64,000 bases of DNA, from NCBI GenBank assembly GCA_963734545.1, contig CAVTHO010000007.1, forward strand, positions 962,010-1,026,009. The letters are read 5' to 3'. A program made the position numbers and the translations under genes. Below, one piece after another: positions 28,766-41,822 of this stretch (positions are counted from its first letter, which is position 1; each line of letters begins with the position of its first letter). The notes below the pieces were generated by a model that did not search any database, had not been told where the DNA came from, and worked only from the letters and a program-made list of their open reading frames with translations. Source of the stretch: an uncultured Spirochaetota bacterium. Its GTDB lineage: Bacteria > Spirochaetota > Spirochaetia > SZUA-6 > Fen-1364.

Positions 28766-30274
28766 GTGGCGAATGCCCCGAAGGTTTATGACTTCCCCAT
28801 GGAGAAAGTGGAAGGCAAGCTTGTCTCATACCTGAAGAGGAAGCGGGGCGAATCCACCGTTGCGGACATGATCGCCGGGACGGGGTTGCCGAAGTATCAG
28901 GTCGAGCAGGCTGCCAAGGTGGCCTTGAATGAATACGCAGGCCGACTGAAAGTCACCGAATCCGGGGAGCTCCTGTACTACTTCCCCGAGGGCATGCGCA
29001 GCACGGTGCACGGTCTGGGCCCCTCCCTGCGGCGTTTCTGGAAGAGTTTCGCCCGGGGATCCCTGAGGGTTCTTGCCCTTCTCTTCAAAATCTGGATCGT
29101 AGCCATGCTGGTAGGCTACTTCGTAGGTTTCGTCGCGCTGGTTGTGCTCGCCGTCCTCGCCTCTTTTGCCGCAAGCATGGCCAACAGAAGTGACAACAGG
29201 GGCGGCGGCCGGGACAGGGGAGGCGGCGGCCTCGGACTCAACCTGGTGATCCAGCTGCTGGACTTCATGCTGCGTATGTGGTTCTGGTCCAATCTCCTGG
29301 GCAGTCAACGGAAAAAGCCCGCGAAGCAGGGCAGGGCCTTCTACAAGTCGGTCTTCGGCTTTGTCTTCGGGGAGGGGGATCCCAACCAGGGCTGGGACGA
29401 CGCGGAGAGACGATACATCATCTCCTACATCAGGAGCCACAAGGGTGTCATCACGATGGAGGAGCTCATGACGCTCACCGGCAGTGAGAGTGACGAGGCG
29501 AACCTGCTCATGAATCGCATCCTGCTGGAGTTCGAGGGGGAGCCGGGCGTCACGGACAACGGCACGGTGGTCTACACTTTCCCCGAGCTGATGCGCACCT
29601 CGCAGGCGGAGCAGAAAGCGATCGGCCAGGTCTCCCTGCTGAACCCGGTCTCCAAGAGTCTCACCCCGTTCTCGGCGAACAAGAAACGCACAAACGGCTG
29701 GATCATTTTCTTCAACGCGTTCAATCTCTCCTTCGGGTCCTACTTCCTCGTGACGAGCCTGACACGCGGCGCGGACCTGGTCTGGGGCAAGACCGGTCCC
29801 CTTCTGTACACTTATACCGGGAAACTCCTTGAACAAGCCGGCATCAGCTTCCCTGCGCCCTTGATGGGGATCATCCTCGGCGCGGTACCCGTGGTTTTTT
29901 CAATCCTGTTTTTCCTCGTCCCCTGGCTGCGAAAAATAAACCTCGACCGGCGAAACGCCCGGATTCGGGAGGAAGCATTGAGGCGGCGCATACTCGCGCA
30001 GGTGCTCGCCTCCCCTGCGCGGGTTGATCCGCGCGAGGTGCGGCCGGCCGGAAACGATCTCGACCCCGGGAACCTGCCCGCCGTCTCAAAGAGGATTATC
30101 GAGCGGCTCGCCGCTTCAATGGGGGCGGAGCCGCTTGTGACGGAAAAAGAAGGAACGTTTGCGTACAAGTTCACGGACCTCGAGCGCCAGATTGCCGACC
30201 TCGAGGAATACCGCAGGAAGATCGATCTGAAGAATTACGAAGTAGGCAGGACTATTTTCGATTCCGGGAACTAG
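28766..30274 (+). CDS. Hypothetical membrane protein, 502 aa
   Basis: Long ORF, AGGAGG RBS, TM segments between soluble regions. Confidence 0.75.
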   Translation: MANAPKVYDFPMEKVEGKLVSYLKRKRGESTVADMIAGTGLPKYQVEQAAKVALNEYAGRLKVTESGELLYYFPEGMRSTVHGLGPSLRRFWKSFARGSLRVLALLFKIWIVAMLVGYFVGFVALVVLAVLASFAASMANRSDNRGGGRDRGGGGLGLNLVIQLLDFMLRMWFWSNLLGSQRKKPAKQGRAFYKSVFGFVFGEGDPNQGWDDAERRYIISYIRSHKGVITMEELMTLTGSESDEANLLMNRILLEFEGEPGVTDNGTVVYTFPELMRTSQAEQKAIGQVSLLNPVSKSLTPFSANKKRTNGWIIFFNAFNLSFGSYFLVTSLTRGADLVWGKTGPLLYTYTGKLLEQAGISFPAPLMGIILGAVPVVFSILFFLVPWLRKINLDRRNARIREEALRRRILAQVLASPARVDPREVRPAGNDLDPGNLPAVSKRIIERLAASMGAEPLVTEKEGTFAYKFTDLERQIADLEEYRRKIDLKNYEVGRTIFDSGN

Positions 30275-31441
30275 GCAGGCGGCCGGTCCGCCGGCCCGTG
30301 CCAGAGGTCCTCCTGACGGTGCCAGCCCTTCTCGCCAACCTGCGCCGGGGCGCGGGGCCAGCCTTCGCGGACCCTTCGGTCAGTCTCGTCCCAGGACCTT
30401 ATGCCGGAAACAGCGTCAGGCGCCTCCACGCAGCTCCCCCCCACCGCCACCGCCATGGTAAGGGCATCCCGCGGTGAAAGGCCTCTATAGACGGAGCCGA
30501 GGAACCCTGCAATGGTTGCATCGCCGGCGCCGGCCGTGCCCGGCAGGCGCGGGAACGGAGAACACGGGGGTGTAGAGCTCCCGCGCTGCCCACACTTCGA
30601 GCCCTATCGGGCTGGATTTCCCCGTTCGGAGATATGCGCCGCGGTCTCCCAGCTTGATGAGAACCGCCGAGGCTCCCTGATTGAGAGCTGCCTCCGCGAG
30701 ACGACTCAGGTCTCCCAGGCTCACGTCCCTGATGATCGACTCCGCGCCGCCTCGGGCGGCCAGTCTCTCATAAGCCGATCTGTCGGTCATGAACAGGAGC
30801 TCTTCGACGCTGGGGAGAAAGAAATCGACATGCGGAAGAACCCGCGCGAGGAAGCCATTCCAATCGATCATTCCTGAAGGGCTCTTGGGGTCGGGAAGGC
30901 TCATGTCGAGGGATGTGCATGCACCCCGCGCTTTGGCGCGTGCGAGCAGGCGCTCGAGTGCCCTGCCTCCATCCGACCAGATCTTCTCCATGAGAGGGGG
31001 ATAGCCGAAGTGGACGATAGCCGCTCCTGCCAGCACGCCGTCCGCCACGTCCTCGTCCGTGAATGTGTCATTTGCCCCGGGACAGTGGAAGAAGACCCGA
31101 TCGACGCCCGGAGGGTTGATGACAACGGAATAGGAAGTCACCTCTCCTTTGACGCGGCGGATCCCCTCCGCAAGGCCGGCTCCCGAGGCCGTCACCCGGT
31201 CCCACACGAGGCTTCCGAATGCGTCATCTCCTATGCGCGCCGCAAGCCTGACGGGAAATCCCAGTCTGTGCAAACCGAGGCCGACGTTGGAAACCGCTCC
31301 GCCCGTGGAGATGACCGGCGCTCCCACGATGGACAATCCTCCGGGGCGAAACCAGTCCTGCGCTCCCTTGACGGCCGGGAAGCCGGGGATGATGTCGAGG
31401 CACAGGTGCCCGCAGACCACGATGCTCTTCCCGGCTTCCAT
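30271..31441 (-). CDS. PfkB-family carbohydrate kinase, frameshift near 30545
   Basis: TGGAVSN, IGDDAFG, KLGDRG, GAGDATIAG in the second frame. Confidence 0.88.
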
Positions 31442-31474
31442 CGTGCCAGAGTGTGCCGCAAAACCCGGGCCGGA

Positions 31475-32233
31475 TCAAGTCGGCCGCGGCTTTTCTGCGC
31501 GCGCGGAATCGCGATAGCGGCACACGACGACCGGGCAGCCGCCGCAAAGAGGCTTTGCGCGGCAATGCCGCTTGGCATGCTCCACGATCAGCGCATGGTA
31601 CTCATTGAAGACCCGGTGACGGGCGGGAAGCGCGTCGTGGAAGATCGTCTGTATTTCGTCGTATCCATCGTCCCTGATGATTCCCATCCTGCTGAGCAGC
31701 CTTCGGGTGTAGGCGTCCACGACGAAGACAGGCACGTGGAATGCATAGAGAAGGATGGAGTCGGCAGTCTCGGGCCCGATGCCCCAGCAGGAAAGCAGCT
31801 CCTCCCTGCGCGGCGCAGCCCCGTGAGCAAGCGACGCAGCGGTCCGGAAGAGCTCGGCAACCTCTTTCAGCTTCCTGGCCTTCTGGTTGAAGTACCCTGA
31901 CGAGCGGATGAGCCGGGCCAGACGCCCCTGCGGACACGAGCCAATATCGGCCGGCAGACGAAGCCCTGAATCACGAAGACGGAAGAGGGCTGCCTCCGCG
32001 TTCGTCCACGCCGAGTTCTGCGTGAGGATCGCGCCCATTGCTATCTCGAACCTGCCCTCCGCCGTTCGCGGCTGACTGTAGGCGCCATGATGGTATCCGC
32101 GGCCGTCGTAGCCGCGCTCCCCTGCCCTGCTGGACAGCGGCCACCACCCCTGCGGCCCGTAGGCGGCCAGGAGCTGCGCATAGAGTGCTCCTATTCGCTC
32201 GTTCAGCTTCGCCGAGGCCACGCAAGACTCCAC
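31475..32233 (-). CDS. Endonuclease III-related HhH-GPD glycosylase
   Basis: AILTQN, GIGPETADS, VDAY, C-terminal C-x5-CxxC-x4-C. Confidence 0.88.
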   Translation of the reverse strand: MESCVASAKLNERIGALYAQLLAAYGPQGWWPLSSRAGERGYDGRGYHHGAYSQPRTAEGRFEIAMGAILTQNSAWTNAEAALFRLRDSGLRLPADIGSCPQGRLARLIRSSGYFNQKARKLKEVAELFRTAASLAHGAAPRREELLSCWGIGPETADSILLYAFHVPVFVVDAYTRRLLSRMGIIRDDGYDEIQTIFHDALPARHRVFNEYHALIVEHAKRHCRAKPLCGGCPVVVCRYRDSARAEKPRPT

Positions 32234-34236
32234 GCAGACAGCAGGAGGAAAAGCGCCGCCAGCGAGACGGGAAACCAGTCACCCCAGCGGGTGTAGAGTG
32301 TCTGACGGGCGGATGAAAGGGGGACATCGACGATGAGGATGCTCTCCGTGTAGAACGGGATGCGGGCCGTGATTCTCCCGTGCGGGTCGACCATGCAGGT
32401 GAGGCCGGATGCCGCTGCCCGCGCGATCGGCCTGCCGTTCTCAACGGCGCGGAACACGGCATTTGCCGCGTGCTGCATGCCTTCCGTTTCCGTGAGGGAC
32501 CAGTAGTCATTCGAAAGGTTGAGGATCACTTCGGCCCCTGCACGCACAAACCGCCGCACGTCGTCGGGGAAAACATCTTCGAAACAGATCGGAGTGGAAA
32601 ATGAGAAGAGCGGATGGCGGAATACGACCCGACGGTCCCCCGGTTCCCAGAGATATGCATCAAAGCTCATCAGCAGTCGATAGATGCCGGGCAACTGCTT
32701 CTTGAAAGGGAAATACTCGGTAAAAGGCACCAGATGGATCTTGTGATAGGTCTCCACCCTGCTCCCCTGCGGGGAGAAGAGCACGGATCCGTTGTAGTCC
32801 AGCCTCTCTTCCCGGCCGTCCTGCGTGACCAGGCTGTAGTCGTCGTTCCCGGTGAGGAGCCACCGCCCCGTCCCCTTCTGGTATGCGAGGAAGTCGCGTA
32901 CCAGAGCAGCGAAGGGAAACACAGCCGGGTCCTCACGGCTCCATCTCCTGATGTTGGGAACGAACGCCGTCTCAGACCACACCACGAGGTCGGGCTTTGC
33001 CTCCAGGGCCCTGTCGGTCAGGCTGCGCAGCGTATCGAACACGAGCCTGTAGTCGCTCTTCCTCGGGTCATCGTTCTGCTGGATCAGCGCAAGGCGGACC
33101 GACCGGGAGCCCCGCGAGGAACTGCCTGCCTCGACGGCTGCGTTCCATCCTGCCCAGCCGAGGGTGAACGCCAGCGCGGCCGCAAGCCAGATCGCGGATG
33201 CGAGAGGTGGCCTGACGGACAGGGCGCGGCCCCCGGACAGCACGCGGTCCCCGTACCACGCCAGGACGGAGTTGCACAGCACGAGCAGGAAGGTGACACC
33301 CCACACCCCGGTGAGAGAGCTGATCTGGATGACAGGGATGACCGAGTATTGCGACGTGCCGAGCATCCCCCACGGGTACCCGAGGAATCCCATGGATCTG
33401 AGCCAGTCGAACAGTGTCCAGGCGACAGGGAAAACGATGAAACCGGCTCCACGGCTGCGGTGAAAGATCACAAGAGTGACAGCCATGAAGGGCACATATT
33501 CCAGTGCCGTGATGACGCTCACGAACTGCAGGGTGAGCAGGTTGAAGGTCCCCAGCCAGTAGTTGGTGATCATGGTCTGGAGCACGCCGGCGAGCGTGCC
33601 GTACAGGACGCCCCAGGAAACAGGCACCTCGGCGAGGCAGAGGAAGAGCGGCACAAGGCAGACATAGCCCAGCGCGGGCAGGCCCGCCGTGCGCATAAAC
33701 GAGGGGAAAGCGAGCGCGTACAGGATGCCGCTCAGAATGGCGAGAGGCAGCGCCCATGTGCGCACGGGGCGCCCCCCTCCCAGCGCACGGCGGGCCAGGA
33801 CGCGCCTCCGCAGACGGAAGTACAGGTACCACGCGGTGTCCAGGGCAAGAAGGGGGACGAACCGGAGACACGCGCCCAGGCGCTCCTGCGTGCTGTTGGG
33901 AGCAAGCCTGAGGTTGCCGTGAGAGGCCATGAATCGCTGGACATAGTCCATGTTCGCATTGGTGGCGTAGATATACGAAAAGAGGAAAATCACTGTCCCG
34001 AGGGAGAGGAGCACCTCGGGAGCCCGAAACAGGAAGAAGAGCCGGGCACGGCTCGGAGTCAGCCTTTGTCCGCCTGGGCGGACGGCGAGTGCGATGCCGC
34101 AGAGGAAATGAAGCAGAAGGAGGCCGCCATAGAGGAGCTCTGAAGCGCCGACAGGCCGGAAAACAATGGGGACGGCGAGCCCAAGCGGAAGCACCACCAG
34201 CACGAGCGCGACGGCCCTGGGGAAAAGGGAGATCAC
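32203..34236 (-). CDS. lnt: Second apolipoprotein N-acyltransferase with N-terminal membrane extension
   Basis: WSET, YHKIHLVPF, PICFED, NDYW, RAVEN. Confidence 0.88.
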   Translation of the reverse strand: MISLFPRAVALVLVVLPLGLAVPIVFRPVGASELLYGGLLLLHFLCGIALAVRPGGQRLTPSRARLFFLFRAPEVLLSLGTVIFLFSYIYATNANMDYVQRFMASHGNLRLAPNSTQERLGACLRFVPLLALDTAWYLYFRLRRRVLARRALGGGRPVRTWALPLAILSGILYALAFPSFMRTAGLPALGYVCLVPLFLCLAEVPVSWGVLYGTLAGVLQTMITNYWLGTFNLLTLQFVSVITALEYVPFMAVTLVIFHRSRGAGFIVFPVAWTLFDWLRSMGFLGYPWGMLGTSQYSVIPVIQISSLTGVWGVTFLLVLCNSVLAWYGDRVLSGGRALSVRPPLASAIWLAAALAFTLGWAGWNAAVEAGSSSRGSRSVRLALIQQNDDPRKSDYRLVFDTLRSLTDRALEAKPDLVVWSETAFVPNIRRWSREDPAVFPFAALVRDFLAYQKGTGRWLLTGNDDYSLVTQDGREERLDYNGSVLFSPQGSRVETYHKIHLVPFTEYFPFKKQLPGIYRLLMSFDAYLWEPGDRRVVFRHPLFSFSTPICFEDVFPDDVRRFVRAGAEVILNLSNDYWSLTETEGMQHAANAVFRAVENGRPIARAAASGLTCMVDPHGRITARIPFYTESILIVDVPLSSARQTLYTRWGDWFPVSLAALFLLLSAWSLAWPRRS

Positions 34237-34775
34237 TCCACGCGTCCGTCCCTGGAAGAGCGCTTGTGATGCTGCTCGGCGCGGTATTTCTCGAAAATCC
34301 TGAGGAAGAGGGCGAAGACAATGCAGTACAGCGCGGCTGCGGCGCCTGCGGGCAGCAGAAAGTAGGCCGCGACGGTGGGAAATGGCACTACGATATTCGG
34401 GCTGACCCAGTGCGGGATGGCGAAGATGCCCGCGGGCTGGAATCCTGTTCCACGCGTGCCCGCTTCCCAGTAGCTCCAGAACATGAAGCCCGCCCCGAGG
34501 GCGGCCACGAGCGTAAGGGTCAGCCAGAAGAGAATCCAGCGGACCCTGCGGTCCACAGAGGGCAGGCGAAACCAGACGAAATGGGAAACCAGAAAGAGCA
34601 GCGGGTACAAGAGATAGAGGTACAAGGGAGCGGAGCGATTGATGGCGAAGGCAGCGAGGAAGGGGACCGCGAACAGCAGAGTTCCGCATACCTCGAAAGT
34701 CGCTCGTACAGGGTGCACCGTCCGGGCGATCGCGATGATGTATCTCCCCGCTTCAGTCTCGCTCAGTTTCTTCAT
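34233..34775 (-). CDS. Hypothetical membrane protein
   Basis: About four TM helices; stop overlaps the lnt start. Confidence 0.7.
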   Translation of the reverse strand: MKKLSETEAGRYIIAIARTVHPVRATFEVCGTLLFAVPFLAAFAINRSAPLYLYLLYPLLFLVSHFVWFRLPSVDRRVRWILFWLTLTLVAALGAGFMFWSYWEAGTRGTGFQPAGIFAIPHWVSPNIVVPFPTVAAYFLLPAGAAAALYCIVFALFLRIFEKYRAEQHHKRSSRDGRVE

Positions 34776-34802
34776 TCCATGGGCTCTCCGCTCACCCGCC
34801 GG

Positions 34803-36071
34803 TCAGGACAGAATGATCCGGAAATATCTTTTCTTTCCCGCGCGCAGCAGGATCGACTCCGTTCTCCGCCGCATCCGCCGATATCCTGGCTTCGATGTCC
34901 GTGACGTTCCTCCTGCCCACGTATGCGCCTCCCTGCGTGACGAGGCGGCGCGCGTCGCTCTTCGTCGCGCACAAGCCCGAACGGACAAAGAGGTCGACAA
35001 CCCCCATGCCTTTCTCTATTTCACTCCGGGGCATTTCCCGGGAAGGGACGCCGGAGAGGTCTCCCGGTTCCCCCGCCTCGAAAGCGGCGCGCGCGGCATC
35101 CGCCGCTTCCTTGGCGGCGTCCGCACCGTGGACGAGAGCGGTGATCTCGATGTGCGAGACGACGCTTGGCCTCGTTGATCTTCTCGTCCTTCGCGGAGCA
35201 CAGCTCCGTCACTTCCGCCACCGGGAGGAAGGTGAAGCGGAGAAGGAACTGCTTCACGTCGGCGTCCGGGACGTTCACCCAGTACTGGTAGAACTCGTAG
35301 GGGCTCGTCAGGTGCGGAGCGAGGAACAGGGCGCCGCCCTCGGACTTGCCCATCTTCTTGCCGTCCGACCGCGTAACGAGCGGGGAGGTGAGCGCGAAGG
35401 CCTCCACGCCCTCCACCCTGCGGATGAGGTCCATGCCGGCCACGATGTTGCCCCACTGGTCGTCGCCGCCCATCTGCAGCCGGCAGCCGTGCCTGCGGAA
35501 GAGCACGAGGTAGTCGTAGGACTGGAGGATCTGGTAGTTGAACTCGATGAACGACAGGCCGGTCTCCAGCCGCATCTTGTACGTCTCGAAGGAGAGCATC
35601 CGGTTGACGGAGAAGTGCACGCCGATGTCCCGGAGGAACTCGATGTAGTTCAGCGGCGCCAGCCACTCCGCGTTGTCGAGCATGAGCGCCTTGCCCTCGC
35701 TGAAGTCGAGGAAGCGCGAGATCTGCTGCCGGAAGAGCTCCGGCGTTCGCCGCGATTGTCTCCACCGGCATGATCTTCCGCATCTCGCGTGCGTCCGGTG
35801 GGATCGCCGATGCGCGTGGTGCCCGCCGCCGACGAGCGCGATGGGCCGGTGACCGGCGCGCTGCAGGTGCGCCATGAACATGAGCTGCTGGAGGTGGCCG
35901 ATGTGCAGGCTCTTCGCCGTCGGGATCGAAGCCGATGTAGAAGGTCACCTGCTCGGTGTCGAGGAGCTTCCGCAGGCCCTCCTCGTTCGAGCACTGGCTG
36001 ACGAAGCCGCGCTCCTTCAGCGTGTCGAAAACAGTACGCCGGCGCGGTACTCCGCGCATTTCTTCGCTCAC
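34803..36071 (-). CDS. tyrS: Tyrosine--tRNA ligase, multiple frameshifts
   Basis: YIGFDP, LHIGH, YQILQSYD, GGDDQWGN, KMGKS, C-terminal S4 domain LRAGKK. Confidence 0.93.
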
Positions 36072-37444
36072 TCCCCCACCCTCCTGTAGTCCTTGATGGC
36101 CTTCTTCAGCGTCGGCGCGATGTCGGCCATCTTCACCCGTGACCTGCTCCATGGAGTCGCGGTAGCGGATCGTGACGGTCTGGTCTTCCTTGGTCTGGTA
36201 GTCCAGTGTGACGCAGAACGGCGTTCCCACCTCGTCCTGTCTGCGGTAGCGCCGGCCGATGGCCCCGCTCTCGTCGTAGAACGTGCGGAAGTCCTCGCAC
36301 AGCTCGTCGTCGAGCTTCCGGGCCATCTCGGCCAGGCCGTCCTTCTTCACCAGCGGGAAGATGCCCACCGTGATCGGGGCGATGCGGGGGTGGAAGTGCA
36401 GCACGACCCTCTTCTCCCCTTCCACGATCTCCTCGTCGTAGGCGTCGGAGAGGACCACGAGCACGGTGCGGGTAAGGCCCGCGGAGGTCTCGATGATGTA
36501 GGGGATGTAGCGCTCGTGGCTCTCCTCGTCGAGGTACGTGAGGTCCTTGCCGGAGAACTCCATGTGGCGCTTCAGGTCGTAGTCGGTGCGGTTGTGGATG
36601 CCCTCCAGCTCCTTCCAGCCGAACGGGAACTCGTACTGGATGTCGAAGGCGAGCTTGGCGTAGTGGGCCAGCTCGTCGGGGCCGTGCTGGTGGAAGCGCA
36701 GCTTGCTCTTCCGCACGCCCGAGGTCGAGGTAGTACTGGAACCGCTTCTCCTTCCAGTGCTCGAACCACTTCATGTCTTCCGAGGGGTGCACGAAGAACT
36801 GCATCTCCATCTGCTCGAACTCGCAGGTGCGGAAGATGAAGTTCTTGGTGGTGATCTCGTTGCGGAACGCCTTGCCCACCTGGGCGATGCCGAAGGGCAC
36901 CTTCACCCGGCCGGTCTGCAGGACGTTCTTGTAGTTCACGTAGATGCCCTGCGCCGTCTCGGGCCGCAGGTAGATCAGGCCGCCCTCGTCCTCCACCGGG
37001 CCCATGTGCGTGGTGAACATGAGGTTGAACTTGCGCGCCTCGGTGAGCTGGGCCGCGCCGCAGTCGGGGCACTTCTTCGCCTTCAGGTTCTCCTCCGGGA
37101 TCTGGTCGGCGCGGAAGCGATGCTTGCACTGCTTGCAGTCGATCAGGGGATCGGTGAAGTTCTCCACGTGACCCGATGCCTCCCAGACCCGCGGATGCAT
37201 CATGATGGCCGCGTCGAGGCCCACGATGTTGTCGTTGAGCTGGGTCATCTGCCGCCACCAGAACTCCTGGATGCGCTTCTTCAGCTCCACGCCCATGGGG
37301 CCGTAGTCCCACGCGGAGGCGAGCCCTCCGTAGATCTCGCTCGAGGGGAAGATGAAGCCCCTGCGCTTGCACAGGGAGACGAGCAGTGTCCATGGTGGGG
37401 GCGGCCGCGTCTGCGGTGGCCGGCGTCTTTTCGTTCTGCGCCAT
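36068..37444 (-). CDS. glyQS: Glycine--tRNA ligase (homodimeric type), frameshifted
   Basis: [37 protein letters not shown]. Confidence 0.94.
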
Positions 37445-37448
37445 CTAG

Positions 37449-38942
<1,494 letters not shown>

Positions 38943-38974
38943 GCGGAGAGCCTCCCATGGCAAAGTGTTGGATG

Positions 38975-39003
38975 ATTATAATGGTGCCCTCACCGGGGGT
39001 CAA
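38975..39003 (-). promoter_or_regulatory. Sigma70 promoter of gltX-glyQS-tyrS
   Basis: TTGACC-17 nt-TATAAT. Confidence 0.75.
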
Positions 39004-39025
39004 CAGAAAGGCCGCAGAACCCTGA

Positions 39026-39134
39026 GATTCAGGGCGCCACGGTACCTTGCACGGTACACCGCGCAGTTCCGCGGATTCAGGGCGCCGCGGTACCTTGCAC
39101 GGTACACCGCGCAGTTCCGCGGATTCAGGGCGCC
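39026..39134. repeat. 48-bp tandem repeat (about 2.3 copies), related to family B
   Basis: GATTCAGGGCGCC(A/G)CGGTACCTTGCACGGTACACCGCGCAGTTCCGCG at 39026 and 39074, partial at 39122. Confidence 0.88.
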
Positions 39135-41288
39135 TGGTCGAGGGCCGCGAGCACAATCGCCGGCGTCAGAATCTCGGGAAGGAGAAAAGGTTCCTCGGCA
39201 CCCGGCCGGTAGTAGACATACAAGGGAATGCTCGCCCGGCCGTATCCCGCAAGAGCACGCGCAATGAGATCGCTCTTGTCCGTCCAATCGGCGCGGAGAG
39301 CAGCAACTCCCCGCTCCGCGAACCTGCCCATCACCTGCGGGCTGTCCAGGGTAAAGCGTTCGTTCACCTGGCAGCTCAGGCACCACTTCGCGGTGAAATC
39401 GATGAAGACCGGTGTGCCTTGCCTGCGGAGTTGCTCGACTTTTTCGGGGCTCCATGCCTCCCAGGAAGAAGCGCGCTGCGCGGCCGTTGGCACGCCGGGA
39501 GAGGCGTTCACCGCGGCGGCCGGAGGAGCGTCCCGGATGGAAACGATGGGGAACGCCACGCCTCCCAGGACCAGGATCAGTGCAAGGATCGCGGCCGCGA
39601 TCCGCGAACCTGCCGGCCGGACCGTCCCTCCCCAACGCCCCCAGATCCACGCACCCAGTGCCGACAGGAGCAGCGCGGCCAGCAACCGGATCACGGCGGC
39701 CGAACCTGCCAGCGCGGAGAACACAAAGATCATCCAAAGAGCCGCCGCCATCATAGGGAAGCCCATGACCTGTCTGAAGGTCTCCATCCAGCTGCCCGGG
39801 CTTCGGCAGGCGCGCTATCAGGGCGGGAAAAGCGGAAAGCAGGACATAGGGCGCAGACATGCCGAGAGCCAGCGCGGTGAATATCCCGAACGCGGCCGGC
39901 AGCAGGCTGCGTGAGCGCGTAGCCAAGCGCGCTTCCCATGAAAGGGGCCGTGCAGGGAGTTGCGACGGCAGTGGCCAGAAGACCGCTGAAGAATGAGCCC
40001 GCTCTCCCGCGCCGGCCGGCCAGCCGCGAGCCGAGCCGCGTGAACGCGGATCCGATCTCGAATACTCCAAAGAGGTTGAGCCCGATGAGGAAAAAGAGAG
40101 CAGCAGTGATGATGAGCACGGTCGGGTCCTGGAACTGGAAACCCCAGCCGAGGAGCCTGCCGCCCGCGCGGAGCCCGACCAGGACCGCCGCGATGAGCCA
40201 GAAGGACGCGAGGACTCCCGCCGCGAAAAGGATCCCATGCCGCAGGCCGCTTCCCTTGCCGGACTCGGACTGGCGGACAAACGCGAGCACCTTCAGTGAT
40301 ACGACCGGGAGCACGCAGGGCATGAGGTTCAGAAGAATTCCCCCAAGGAACGCCAGGCCGAGAGCCGCTAGAAAGCCGGCAATTCGCGCCCCGGCTGAGT
40401 CCCCTTCGCCGGGCGGCATCGGAGAAACCACCGCATTCACCTCGTAGCCGCGGGCCGGCCCCTGTCCGGAAATCGAAAGCACGCCTTCGAGCGACGACAG
40501 GGTCTGCGCGCCGGAGGGACGCTTCATACGCAGCGTGAGCTGCGCGCCTGACAAGTCGGCTGATTGCGGCGCTGAATCATTGATGATGCCGGCAGCGGCG
40601 GGATAGAAACCAACCCGGCGCCGGCCGGGACGTCGATTCCTTGTGCACGCAGGATGACCCGGCCGGCATCAGCGTGCGCGGATATGCGCGCGGCGGGCGC
40701 GGGTCCGGGGACAAGGGCCCGTGCGGCGCGGAACGAGTCCTCCCACTGCCGGTCCGGCAGGGGCTCTGAGGACTTCACCGGGAGCGAGACTCCGAGCGCA
40801 GCGCTGCCGGGAGTGCATTCCACCCTGCACGCGAGCCACTCCACCTTCGCTCCCAATGTCACGGCCCGGCCGGAAGCGCAGGCCGCCGGTGGCGTGATGA
40901 CGGAAAGCAGAAGCACCTGTCCCGAGTAGCCGTATGTCACGAGGCCCTCGGTCTCGATTCTTTCCGGGATCGGCCACTGAAGGGGTCCGGCAACAAAGCC
41001 GGCGGGCAGGTCCCACGTCACTTTTGTCGGCAGACCTGAATCACCCGGATTCTTCCAGTAGACGTGCCATCCGGGATCCATGCGAAGGACCACCCCCACG
41101 GTGAAGGCCTTTCCGGGAAGTATCGAGGTCTGCTCGGCCACCACGCGTGCCTCGACCGGCCCGCTGCGCGCGGAGAGCATCGGAGACGCGGCCGCGGGGA
41201 GCGTCAGCACAAACAGGAGTGAGGCAATGGAGATCAGCGCGGTACTCCGCGCATTTGGCGTCCCTATCCGAGCTGATATTTGCGTCAT
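39125..41288 (-). CDS. dsbD: DsbD-family thiol:disulfide interchange protein, frameshifted
   Basis: [39 protein letters not shown]. Confidence 0.88.
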
Positions 41289-41366
41289 TTGTTCAAGTTT
41301 TCGCGACCGACATGTTGATAATATCTTACAATAATAATAATATATCCATAACGGAGCTTCAAAGAG

Positions 41367-41822
41367 ATGAGAATTACCACGAAAGGCAGGTACGGCTTGC
41401 GAGCCGTGATCAACCTTGCCGGAGCGCGCCACAACAGACCAATTTCCATCGGCTCCATTGCCAGCGAGGAAAAGGTCTCTTCGGAGTTCCTCGAGCAGAT
41501 ATTCTTCAAGCTGAAAAAGGCCGGGCTGATAAAGTCCATCAGGGGCCCCGGCGGCGGATTCCTGCTCAACAAGCTGCCGGGCGAGATTTCCGTGCAGAAC
41601 ATACTCGAGGCAGTCGGTGAGACGCGTGGACTTACGCCGTGCACGCTGCGCCGCAAGACGCTGTGCGATCGGCCCGTTCCCTGCCCGGCTCACGACATCT
41701 GGACCGGCCTGCAGAAGACGATGGAGGACTACCTCTCCCACGTCACCCTGAAGGACATACTGGAAAAGAACGGAAAGCGCTACGCTTCGGCGCTCAAATC
41801 AGGACAGGACTTTTCGATCTGA
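41367..41822 (+). CDS. Rrf2-family regulator with three Cys (probable Fe-S ligands)
   Basis: TTKGRYG, LEQI, SIRGPGGGF, C-x6-C-x5-C. Confidence 0.92.
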   Translation: MRITTKGRYGLRAVINLAGARHNRPISIGSIASEEKVSSEFLEQIFFKLKKAGLIKSIRGPGGGFLLNKLPGEISVQNILEAVGETRGLTPCTLRRKTLCDRPVPCPAHDIWTGLQKTMEDYLSHVTLKDILEKNGKRYASALKSGQDFSI

